From Perkinsus olseni (lineage: Eukaryota), in contig JABANN010000005.1 of the NCBI GenBank assembly GCA_013115125.1, forward strand, positions 62,001 through 126,000: 64,000 nt of DNA, written 5' to 3'. The position numbers and the translations under genes were made by a program. Under the pieces are notes generated by a model. It worked only from the letters and a program-made list of their open reading frames with translations, searched no databases and was not told the origin of the DNA. This document shows, piece by piece, positions 50,730 through 61,634 of this stretch. Each line of letters starts with the position of its first letter. Within the stretch, counting starts at the first letter, position 1.

Positions 50730-51867
50730 ATGAGCCCATTCCTCTCTTCTACCATAGCCCTCGAGTCAGCAGTCGTCAAGTACAGGTTTCGCCGTAACTT
50801 GGAGGGTGGCGGATTCCTCAATGATGTTGGCAGAGAGGTCTCGGCCTTCCTCGGTAAGAGTTCGAGAGAGCTCACCTTCAACTGCCCCAGCAATACGGTC
50901 ATGCTGCCGTACATCAGCTTCATGTTCATTAGACGTGGCGTGCTGATGGTAGCCCAAAGCTCAAAAGAAGGGCTATCTTTAGTGCCACTGTTCAGCCCGG
51001 CTACCACTCCACACCTGCAAATCGCCAGTGCCGGAGGCTTCATGTGGGGTCATTGCTATGACCCTCTCGAGGACGAGCTGTACATGCTCAGGAGTGAGGA
51101 GAATTCTTTCTTCCTGCACGTGGCTCGCTAGCCGATGGCGCTGATCCGCCTTGCCGTTCCCTTGTGGTTGAAGGGATGCTGAAGTTTGCAGGAGGCAGCT
51201 CGAATTGCAGAGGAGAGATGGCATTTGCAGCCGGTCGCGTGTATTTACCCTGTTCTGTTGAGGCCTTCCGAGGCGAACCTTTTTGGCTTGTCTGTCTTGA
51301 TGCCCGGAACAGGTCGATGGGCACCATTCAAGCGCAGATGTGGCGATTATACGACTCGTCCTCCGGATGGCCCATTTATCTCGTCTGCGAGACGAATCGA
51401 GTGAGCGATTGCGTCATATCTGTTGCTTACTGCAACACGGGCGAAGAATGGGTTTTGCGTAAACTATCGATCACTATCACGGGAGTGAAGTATCTGCGAC
51501 TTGCCTGTCCTCGTGGCCGATTGGTGAACCACACGATTGCAGGGTTATGGAGTATCAGTTATTGACGAAGAATCTATTGTCGTTGTGCAGCTCAGGAAAC
51601 TCGCATTATTATTACCACTATAGCTTGTGCGATGAACGAGGCCGTGAGCTTGGAGCGAGAAGAGGCCAGTTGGTTGAACTTGAGCCGGTGCAGACTCTCG
51701 TCTCGGATGATGGCACAATCTACATCAAATCGGGATTCACTCAGACGATACACAACCCAGTTGATTGTGTTCACGCTTTCTACACTCTGTCACGACATCT
51801 CATGCTCTCCGAGATTCGTAATTGGTTCTTCGATAATAAATCGATCCACCTCGAGCCGATGGTCTAG
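50730..51867 (+). pseudogene. Tandem family copy E (two frameshifts)
   Basis: Homology is split over ORFs 50709, 51164 and 51547, with frame breaks near 51122 and 51478. Confidence 0.75.
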
Positions 51868-52493
51868 CTGTGCTCGCGAGGGTTGAACGTCCACTATATT
51901 TGTGCAGTCGCTGTATACTTGACGTTTGCCGATGGTTTCGATCAATCGAGTGTTCCCACCACTTTGTTCCACTGCGCTATTGTCTGTAGCATTTCTCGTC
52001 TAAGATTTCAGTTCATGGGAGCGGTTGATTTAGCATGAAAGCTAATTTATGAGAAGCAGCGTAGCGTTGCGTTTTGCTCCACTTGCGGTGGGTTATCGCG
52101 GTGAAGCGTCCTAGCTTCCGCAGAATGTTTTTCATGAACAGTTCATGCGGTTCACTCTTGACTTACTGTGACACGTCACGTGGTTGTATGTGCCGGGTTA
52201 CTCGTAGAATGGAGCGTCTGGCTTCTGAGAAAATATTCAAGCTCGTGTCTCAGGCGCCTGTGCATGGGCCACCTCAACATTTGGCTCGGACTCAGTCGTG
52301 CATCCCAAATCGTCTGAACTCTTCGATGTGAATCTGAAGATTTTTGTCTCACATTATTTGAAGCAAGACCACCTGCTCAATTAGAACGTTGGGTGTTGGG
52401 ATCCTCACTGAGTGAGGCTCACTCTGATCCCAACCGCGATTTTTGAACGCTTTATGTTGGTCCGTTTGGTTCACAGTCTCTTCATCAACTTTC

Positions 52494-53660
52494 ATGAACC
52501 CATTCCTCTGCTCTACCGTAGCTCTTGAGTCCGCAGCTGTGAAGTCAAGGTTCCGCCGTTACTTAAGTGATGGCGGATTCCTCAATGATGTTGGCAGAGA
52601 AGTGTCGGCCTTCCTTGGCAAGAGTTCGAGAGAGCTCACCTTCAACTGCCCCAGCAATACCGTCATGCTCCCTGACATCAGCTTCATGTTCATCAGGCGT
52701 GGTGTGCTGATGGTAGCCCGGTGTTTGAAAGAGGAGCTCGCTCTCGTGCCGCTCTTCAGCCCAGCTGCAGCTCCACAACTATGTATACCCCGCGGTGACG
52801 GTTCCCTGGGCAGCTTCTGTTACCACCCTGTTGAGGACGCCCTTTATATCCTCTACTGGAAAGGCAATACTTGCTCGCTCTACGTGCATTCGCTCGCAGA
52901 CGGGTTCGACCCGAGCACCCGAATCTTCGCAGTCGAGGGGATGCTCAACTCAACTCGAGATATCTCTATTTGCAGGAGTGAGATGGCTCTCGTATCCGGT
53001 CGCTTGTATCTGGCTTGCTCTGTACCCTTCCCCGAAAGTGGGCCTTTCTGGCTGGTCTGCCTCGATGTCCGAAACAAAGGAAAGATTACCATCCGTGCGC
53101 AAATAGTCTGGACCTTCACCGATTCCAGTTGCCATTGGCCCATGTCACCAATTGTCTCTGATCAGGATGACGAGAATAGTTGCGTCCTATGTGTTACCTA
53201 CTGTATCGGTGACGAAGAATGGGTTCTCCGTAAACTGTTGGTCGCCCATCGCGGGGGTAGAGTATCGGTGAAGAGCCTGTGCTCTTGGCCCATCGGACCA
53301 CCGGATGCTACGGTGGTGGAGTATCAGGTGTTGAAGAAGAACCTGCTCTTGCTGTGTGGCTTATTCAGGAATCGTCGTGAGGGTCGGTACTTCTACTCTC
53401 TATGCAACGAGCGAGGTCGTGAGCTCGGGATGAGAAGACATCAACTAAGTGACCTAGAACCCGTGCAGAGCCTCATCGCAGATGACGGCACCATTTTCAT
53501 TCAGTCAGGATTGAATCAGATGTCGGAAAACCCAGTGGATTGCATCAATGCTTTCCACACTCAAGCCCGACATCTCATGTGCACCGAGACTCCTTCCTGG
53601 TTCTTTGACGGTGACGTGGAGAAGACCCGTTGCTCATGCCGCATGAGTCTTGCGTTATGA
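52494..53660 (+). CDS. Tandem intronless family copy F (intact, 388 aa)
   Basis: Open frame MNPFLCSTVALES...TPSWFFDG. Confidence 0.8.
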   Translation: MNPFLCSTVALESAAVKSRFRRYLSDGGFLNDVGREVSAFLGKSSRELTFNCPSNTVMLPDISFMFIRRGVLMVARCLKEELALVPLFSPAAAPQLCIPRGDGSLGSFCYHPVEDALYILYWKGNTCSLYVHSLADGFDPSTRIFAVEGMLNSTRDISICRSEMALVSGRLYLACSVPFPESGPFWLVCLDVRNKGKITIRAQIVWTFTDSSCHWPMSPIVSDQDDENSCVLCVTYCIGDEEWVLRKLLVAHRGGRVSVKSLCSWPIGPPDATVVEYQVLKKNLLLLCGLFRNRREGRYFYSLCNERGRELGMRRHQLSDLEPVQSLIADDGTIFIQSGLNQMSENPVDCINAFHTQARHLMCTETPSWFFDGDVEKTRCSCRMSLAL

Positions 53661-54086
53661 CTGGACGCCGGTCGGGCGAGTCGATCGAGTCGCAAGTCTA
53701 ATTTGTGCCACTGTTTTTTCATGTGTATTATTTCGCGTACTCCAATTTCTACTATCCCCGCATGTTAACGCCTACATTAGCATAAAAATTAGTTTCAAGA
53801 AAACAAGGAGAATGTTTGTTTCGTTCACTGAATTGGATACAGATCGGCTAGTCGGAGAGCCTGTGCTGGATGGCGATGCTCTGGTTGAGTCAGTAATTAC
53901 TCGTTGCAAATGGACTGGTATACAGTGTGATGGTGCTGTACGATCATCACCTACTATTCATTCGTCAGTGAATGTGATCTAGTTCGCATGGAGCTTGATA
54001 ATGTCTCCCTCTGAGGCGAAGAGTTTTCCGGGAGTTTTCCTGTCATAACGGGAGTCACAAAGACTTTCGTCACTTACGGGTGTGCC

Positions 54087-54188
54087 GGCGAAATTGATTG
54101 TACTATCACGCGCGCTGGCGAAATTGATTGTACTATCACGCGCGCTGGCGAAATTGATTGTACTATCACGCGCGCTGGCGAAATTGAT
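54087..54188. repeat. 30-bp minisatellite, 3 perfect copies plus a partial copy
   Basis: GGCGAAATTGATTGTACTATCACGCGCGCT at 54087, 54117 and 54147, partial at 54177; no spacers. Confidence 0.95.
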
Positions 54189-54316
54189 CTTACTGATCGC
54201 GAAATAGGCCTTTAAAAGGTGTATTTTCTCTGGGCAGGTTGCTTCGCGAACTCTCTTACGGGGAATTGCATCACCTGTGTTCGCTTAGGTTATCTCTTTT
54301 CCCATCGTCACCTTCG

Positions 54317-55328
54317 ATGAACCCGTTTGTCCGCTCATCTGTAGCCCTCGAGTCAGAAGCCCTCAATACTACCTGACATTGCGTTCATGTTCATCAGACG
54401 TGGTGTGCTGATGGTGGCCCAATTCTGGGAAGAGAAGATAAATCTGGTGCCACTGTTTGCCCCAACAGCCACTCCGCAACTAGAAATCGAGGATTTCGAA
54501 GGTGCCGTATGGGGTCACTGTTATGACCCGGTTGAAGACGAGCTCTACATCCTTGACAACGAGGGAAGTTTTTTCCTGCTGCGTGTGCATTCGCTCACTG
54601 AAGGCGTCCACCCTCGCACCCGGACAATCACAGTTGAAGGGATGCTCAATTTCGTACATGGCTGCTCGGATTGCCGAATAGAGCTGCCATTCGTCGACGG
54701 CCGTTTCTACACAGCCTGCTCCAGATCGAGGGCCTCGGCTCAACCCCTATTTCTCATCTGTATCGATGCGCGGAATCGTTCAAATGGTACTGTTCGAGCC
54801 CAGATAGTTCGGCAGCATACTGATTCGTCTGTGGATGCACCACTATCACTCGTTGCCACCGAGACGCGAGACAGGGATGAATTTGTTTTATCTGTAACTT
54901 ACGGCAATACGAGGGGAGAATGTATCTTCGAGAAGCTGTTAGTTAAAAATCGGGATGGAAGGGCTTCGTCAGTGAGTCTGTGCTCATGGCTTCTCGGAAC
55001 GAATGATGCCCTGGTGGTGGAATACCTGATATTGAAGAGAAACCTTCTGTTATTTTGCAAGTCAGGGGACCCTGGTCGTTGCGAATATTATTACTGCTTA
55101 TGTGATGAACGCGGGCGTGAACTCGGAGCTCGACGGGTGCAGTTCACCGAACTTAGTCCGATGGAGATCCTCGCCGCGGATGATGGTACAATCTATGTCA
55201 AGACGGAATTGACTCTGCTGCCAGACAACCCAGTGGATTGTGTTCATGCGTTCTATACCCAAGCCCGGCATCCCGAGTGCAGTGAGACGCCGAATTGGTT
55301 TTTTGATGGCGGAAACGGTGAGATATGA
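54317..55328 (+). pseudogene. Tandem family copy G (N-terminal deletion and frameshift; 313-aa frame intact from ATG 54387)
   Basis: ATG 54317 MNPFVRSSVALES jumps to LPDIAFMFIRRG out of frame, losing the conserved FLNDVGREVSAFLGKSSRELTFNCP block. Confidence 0.65.
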
Positions 55329-56284
55329 TTCCGCAGCTAGTTGAGCTTGGTTGTATTCGACGACGAGCGTCTAAACGTTGTAGTTATCCGTGTATCATGG
55401 CCCGTGATTCACGGTTACCATATCTCCCAGATGTGACCTTTTGAAAAGGTCCCTTTTCCAAAGCCTGCTCTTGCTACATCGTAAGTTCTATGCCGCTTAG
55501 TCGTTCTATGGGAGGTGAACATTGAGTTATTTGCTAGCTTTCCTCGTCGTCATTCCTCTTCATGAAGTTCTGACGCATTGATGATTGCGCTAGTGGTAGT
55601 CGCGATTTGATCATTTGGATAGTCCCGGAGTGGTTTGAGTTGTGCACGTGGGGTGGCAAGTTGCCACAGCCAATGGATGCTCACATATCGGGCATGGGAG
55701 CTGTTCGAGGCGCTACTTCGTAGACTGCTGGCCTGCGCTCCTCATCGTCTAGTATTCAAGCCATACCACTTCATCCCCGAATTGGGGACCCCAATTATGT
55801 TCGGATTGCGTTGCATACCACTAGGTAACGTAGCAATAGCTTATTGGCGAGTCTGTAGCGTGCAGCTGCGCCCCATGCGGGGGCGATTGTATGTGACCCG
55901 GTGTATGTGTTGGTCCCGACATATTATGGATGTGACATTCTTGAATTCTCATTGTCATTGGATTCAACAATGTCATTCTTGTCTGGTCACGTGTCAAACT
56001 TGCACGGGAAATGGTGTAAACTTTACACTGTAAAGACACCATTAACCTCGATGGCACGCATGCGCATACCACACTGCACGCATGTACAAGGCAGAACTCG
56101 GCAGTCAGTGCGCATCAATCCTCAATACTCGGCCCGAGGATCTCGGGCACTCATCAATGGGCCTGGTCGCGCGGCTCGAGTTGTCTGGGCCGTTACTATC
56201 TGCTCGTCAATGACGAGTCGTCATACTCGAGGATTTAATTATCTGTGATCGTTCAGGTCATCTCTTCTACCATCGGCCACTCCA

Positions 56285-57410
56285 ATGAACCCATTTCTCG
56301 GCTCTACCGTAGCCCTCGAGTCGGCACCTGTGAAGTCAAGGTTCAGCCGTTACGTGAGTGATGGCAGATTCCTCAATGATGTCGGTAGAGAAGTGTCGGC
56401 TTTCCTCGGCAAGAGTTCGAGAGAGCTCACCTTCAACTGCCCCTGCACTACCGTCATGCTACCTGACATTTGGTTCATCTTCATTATACGCGGTGTGCTG
56501 ATGGTGGTCCAGTATTTAGAGGAGGATATTGCTCTGGTCCGGGACCAGTGGTCCCGCTTTTCAACCCGACTGCGACCCCGCACCTAACGCTCGCCAGTGG
56601 GGAGGGGTGCTTGTGGAGTCATTGTTATGACCCTGATGGGGACGAACTCGACGCTTTCGAGACCAAAGGAAGAGTTTTCGTGCTGTATGTGCACTCCCTC
56701 GCGGATGGCGTCTCCCAACGGACTCGAGGCGTCCTGGGCCAGGACTCCTGGTTCATGGGATGGCAGACTTCGTGGGAGGCTGCTCGATTTGCAGGGGCGA
56801 AATGGTATTTGCCGCGGGACGCGTGTATCTAGCATGCACCACTTCGTATTTTCACGGTGAACCGCCCTGCTTGATTTGCCTTGATGTTGGAGATAGGTCT
56901 TCGGGACTTGTTCGGGCGCAGGTGGTTTTTCGATTTGCGGAGGCGTCCACCATCGAGCCACTACTGCTAGTTCTTGAAAGACGGCAGAGGGATAAATGTG
57001 TTCTGTCTGTCGCTTACTATAAACGTAGTCGCGAATGGGTCCTTCTGAAGCTGTCGGTTACCCACCGGTGAGAGGAAGCATCGGCAGTGTTCTCATGCTC
57101 GTGGCCTCTCGTACGACGTAATGCTACGCTGGTGGAATGCGGCATTCCGAATGCCACTTATTGAGGAGGAACCTCTTGTCAGTGTGTATTTCAGCGGACA
57201 TCGATGGATGGATGTATTCACATAGCTTATGTGATGAACGGGGCCGTGAGCTTGGAACGGCCCGGGCCCAGCGCAACCCACTCGAAGCCAGACAGACTCT
57301 CATGGCGGACGATGGTACATCAGGTCGATATTGGAGGCTGTACTCAGCCGAGCTGAGTCAACTGGGCTGAGTCAGCCCAGTGGACTGTATGCACGCTTTC
57401 TACACTAGAG
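56285..57410 (+). pseudogene. Tandem family copy H (multiple frameshifts and stops)
   Basis: Homology is split over ORFs 56285, 56470, 56760, 57137 and 57380 (DCMHAFYT). Confidence 0.75.
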
Positions 57411-57884
57411 CTTTCACGCCAGCTACCTTCCCACGTCGAGCTCTACTCTGTTTTTCGTTGTCTTACGGCGATTGTTGTGTTACAGTCTGTGAGGAAAGAA
57501 CGCCACATGCAGGAGTGAGGCCGCAATGCTACGGGGCACGAGAACAGGTTGAACACGGAGAGTACTGAGCGAGTATTTCTGTGGCATAGCGGACTCCCTT
57601 TCTTTGCGTGCTGCTTTTTTTCAATTGCCGAGGGTATGTTAGTCGTTCGAGTGTCGGTTGCCCTCCATGAACCCCGAGCTCTTCTCTCATCCCCTCCGTA
57701 CATGGAACCTGCGTGTGCCTGTTCGGTATCGGCCAAGTGGTATGCATGCCTCTAAGATGCAGAAGGCGAAGATCTTGGATACATCCAGTCAACGTAGAGC
57801 ACCGTCACTTTCTACGTTGCTATCATCTCTTCTAATGGGAGCCTGGGGCAGTCAGGTATTGCTGGTGTGATGACCAAAGCAATA

Positions 57885-59735
57885 ATGAAGTATAAACCCT
57901 CAGTTTATGGATGGTTCGGGAAGAGGACCTTCGGGGAGAACATCATCATTATCGGTCTACCGAGTGACCCCTTGCCTCATGGCTCCCAGCCGTGAAGAGT
58001 CTGTAGGTGCGATCATATGGTTTGCTCTGCTCATACCCTGGGCTATGGACTGGAAGCCGCATCAGCTGCTCGGGTGGCGAGGCTGGGCTCATATGGGGCC
58101 TTACTTAGTTCCACAGTTTGTCAAAGGAGGCGAGTAGGACGGTTCCTGGCGTCACGCTTCTTGAACTTGCCCGTCGTTGTTAGCTGGAAGGAAGCCATCA
58201 ATGCGCTTTCTCCTGTAGATGGCGAGGATCCGTTACTACTGGATGGTGAGAGGTAGCAGAATCAGGCATCTCTATCCCTCTCATGACGTCTCGCAGAGCC
58301 TCCGCGCTTGTCGACCTCGAGTACGTAACTCAGCGTCGAGCAGCAGTTCGGGATATAGTACAACAATATGGCTTCGATGTAATGCCGGAGGAGTCAAGGC
58401 TATTCACGCATTTCTGTCCAGGCTCTCTTACCTGTTGTAGCTGACTTGGTGGCTCCTCCTGAAGAGGGACTGCGGATAAAGGCTATCGGCCATTTTGGTA
58501 GTACTTGGGTCTGCGCTTGAAGCCTTCTGGTTCACCTCGAAGTGAGATGTCGTTCGTGCCGAAGAAGGGAAAGTCGATTGATTGGAAAGCATTTTCGCAG
58601 AGACCCAGCTTCGAGTAGCCATGGATGTCCTGTTCGCTGTTGAGCCCGAGGACAGGGTGGTCACACGACAACTGTTGGAGAGACTCGTCACCACTAATAA
58701 AGAACAGTGGGAACGCTATCTCACATTCCAAGAGTACAACCTCCGAGACCCCCACTCGAATGCTGAGCTCTTGCCGGCACAGGTACAAGGCGTATATTCT
58801 TTTTAAGCTGCTTCAGAATAAGGAGAACGCAAGAGAGGTAGTGCAGTAGTTTCTGTCGGGTTCGGTAGGCTGCCTGTCAGGCTGCTACCATACCAGAGGT
58901 TAGACGGTTTATTGAGACTGGAGGGAAGTACGTACCCTACCAGAGCATCAACCCATTGAAAGCTAAGATGTATAGTAATAACGTAGACCGCCTCTTGAGA
59001 GGTCCAGTGCAGTTGGCAGGTTGTGAGACTCATGACACCCTCCTCAAGTGTGCAAGGCTTATCAATCAAGCAGTCAAGGATGAGGGGAAGTAGTAGGGAC
59101 CAGCGGGGTGGGAAGGGTATGTCGAATCTCCAGGCCGGAGTTGATGGTGAAGGCCTCACGGAAGCAGATAAGAGAGTCGCCGCCCTTGGAACGGAAGCTG
59201 GACTATCGAACATTCGAGGTCATCACATCAGGTCATATTCGGGTGGAAGAAGGTCGCCTTGCCGGGCGGGGGGGGGGGAGGGAGGCCCGGTTTCATCTTC
59301 ATCGGAGGAGTCTCGCTGGCAGGCACTGCGTCGTATGCAGCTATTCGTACACTGTTTATGATTCGAAGTTTGAAAATACGTAATTTGGAGATGTTCTTTG
59401 GCACTGCTGTAAGGCGGCTCGTCCCTTACATGTCGTCACCGCCTCTCTCAGTTGCGAGCCATCAGAGGCATTTGGATGGCCGAGCTCCTGCACAGGTTCG
59501 AGGAGCACATCATACAAATGTAACCTCGCACTTGCCGACCGTCCACAGAGGTTTTCTCCCTAGGTATTGGTATTACGACGATCCTAAAGCGATGCTCGCA
59601 ACATCAGCAGTGATGTGCGCCTTCCACTCGGTGGCCTATGCTTGGATCTTCCGTAACAACCCCTTCTGTGTGGCACCATTTATATGGCTGCGATTGGTTA
59701 ACGACTCCACGGATGATGGCTACCGATTTTTCTGA
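57885..59735 (+). CDS. Uncharacterised multi-exon protein with predicted membrane segments
   Basis: Exon-like ORFs with hydrophobic stretches (AIIWFALLIPW; GFIFIGGVSLAGTASYAAI; AMLATSAVMCAFHSVAYAWIF), ending GYRFF* at 59735. Confidence 0.5.
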
Positions 59736-59950
59736 CTACTGTGCATGCGCGCTGCTCAAGTTTCTGATTGTCGAGGCCTCGTGTCAACTTGACGGACGGG
59801 AATCACCCATCTCCCCACCAGGAAAGTCCTGATGATCTACGGGTGGAGACAGTGCAGAAAGCAGCCTTCAAACAGGAAGCAAGCCTTAATACGGTCTCTC
59901 TGGCTCTAAGCGTTTGCTACTTTGTGTGGAATATTGGCCTAGTTTTTTTC

Positions 59951-60511
59951 ATGTCTGCTCGTCGGCTTGAACGGGTGATACTCGCCACAGAGTTCGGGTT
60001 CAGGTCGATCAAGCTAATCGAGTTGCGTGCATCGAGCACATGCCGCGTTGCTGAGTAAAGCAGTATTGCTCGGCGGCTGCAACCCTCTCCTTTGCTCTGC
60101 CTCAGTGACTTCGTGAAGAGGTTCCTGCCGTCCTTCAAGTACCATAATGCCAGCCTGGAGTTCAAGTACACCTCAGTGGATGAGGCAAAGGGCTCCAAGA
60201 AGCCACAGCAAAAAGACGGACAGCAAGGAGAGGGTGCTAACCTTAGGGAGGGTTATCGAGATTTGAAGAGGAAATAGCAAGGTTCTTGCCAGGCTCCGCC
60301 CTACCCGAGGGACTCGACGTCCACAAGGACGTTGTTATTATAGACTTCAGTGAGTCCGCCTCGCGACTCGCCAATATCGCTTACTTGTTCTTTTTGTGTA
60401 GATGATAACCACCGGCAAGTGCTGGGTCTTCACCTCTACCCTCAAGCCAGCCTTCTAGCACAGAGGATACTTCGGCTCGACAGGGAGCGTGACATATTGC
60501 AACGTGAATGA
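59951..60511 (+). CDS. Small protein resembling the mitochondrial ribosomal L51/S25/CI-B8 domain
   Basis: Spliced MSARRLERV..IKLIELRASSTCRVA|DFVKRFLPSFKYHNASLEF..VVIIDF|NDNHRQVL..RILRLDRERDILQRE*. The FV...LP..KY.N pattern is typical of this thioredoxin-like family. Confidence 0.5.
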
Positions 60512-60610
60512 TCGTCATGATGTGGTGGTTGATTTGGTTGTTTCTTGAAACATCCTCGTTGTTGAGTGCAAGCAAGTCCCACTTCAATCGAGCCAGCAGT
60601 CATTAGCGTG

Positions 60611-61634
60611 ATGTCGGGCGAATCGCGCCGAGAGTCAAGCAGGCATAGAGATCGGTCGAGGGATCGCAGCCGAGAGTAGAACGCCTCTCGGGTATGCGCT
60701 GCTAGCGAATGCTCTATTGTCAGTCGAAAGCGAGAGCTCAGTGCGGATGGCCGCGGTGAGAGGCGACGGAAAAATGCGCGGGACGGAGTCACCGATCGGA
60801 GTGGCTCGGGGGCAAAATCGGGTAGGATTCTCCGTTGTGCGACGTGGTCGAGGATGCTCTCAGGTGTACGAGAGAGTACTGGTGAAAGGTTTGAACGGAA
60901 AGTGAAGCGGAGGTGAGCAGTTGTCCGACTGGAGCCACGCTTGACGTTGCACGATCATCCCTAGTGTGAAACTTTCGTATGTCTTCAGATTGGAAGAGGA
61001 GATAAATCGAAGGGTGGAGGATGGGCTGAAGGATGAGAAGTTCCAGAAGGAAATGGGACAGGCAGTTGACGAGGCTCGATCCGGTGCAAGAAAAAAGATG
61101 GTGGGGAACGAGCGTTGTAACGTGATGGTATGGCAACGCCGTCTCAGCTGGAGGAAGTTGAGGCCGAGAAGGTATCGATCCAAAAGGAGTTTGATAAGAA
61201 GCTGGAAGCTGCTAAGGAGCCTGCTTCTCGAAATGAATCAACTGTTGAGGACGCATCTAGCGTGTAAGTACATCCGGAGACTTTCTCTCCTGCGAAAAAA
61301 AGAGTCGTCCGTTTTTCTTTCAGGAGTGTCACTAAAGTGCAGGAGTCCGAGGCGGAAGCACTACGAGTGAGATATTCTTTTATCGCGTCGCTTGACTGAA
61401 ATTTGACTCCTCGTCATCTTTGTTCAGAAAGAGAAGAAACTTGAGCGTCTCCGCAGGATAGCAGAGGAGAGAGAGAAGTACTCATTTGAGGATGGCTCGT
61501 TCAGACTCTCCGTTCTCAGGCGAATGCAGAGTGGCCTGTCGCCTAAACAGGCACCAGCAGCAGCGACCAGTAGTCGGACAAAATCTAATTCTGGACCGAG
61601 TATTTCGTTTTCGTTGAAGAAGCCGGGACGGTGA
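60611..61634 (+). CDS. ARGLU1: ARGLU1-like arginine/glutamate-rich protein (multi-exon)
   Basis: RS/RD-rich N-terminus (MSGESRRESSRHRDRSRDRSRE), E/K-rich helix (RLEEEINRRVEDGL..VDEAR..KKM|LEEVE) and C-terminal PSISFSLKK, like the ARGLU1 terminal motif. Confidence 0.6.

Noticed and set aside
51110-51490. Programmed frameshifting in array copies
   Set aside because: Frame breaks occur at different, non-conserved positions in each copy with no shared slippery motif.
54087-54188. CRISPR-like 30-bp repeats
   Set aside because: Units are directly adjacent with no spacers, there are no cas genes, and the context is eukaryotic.
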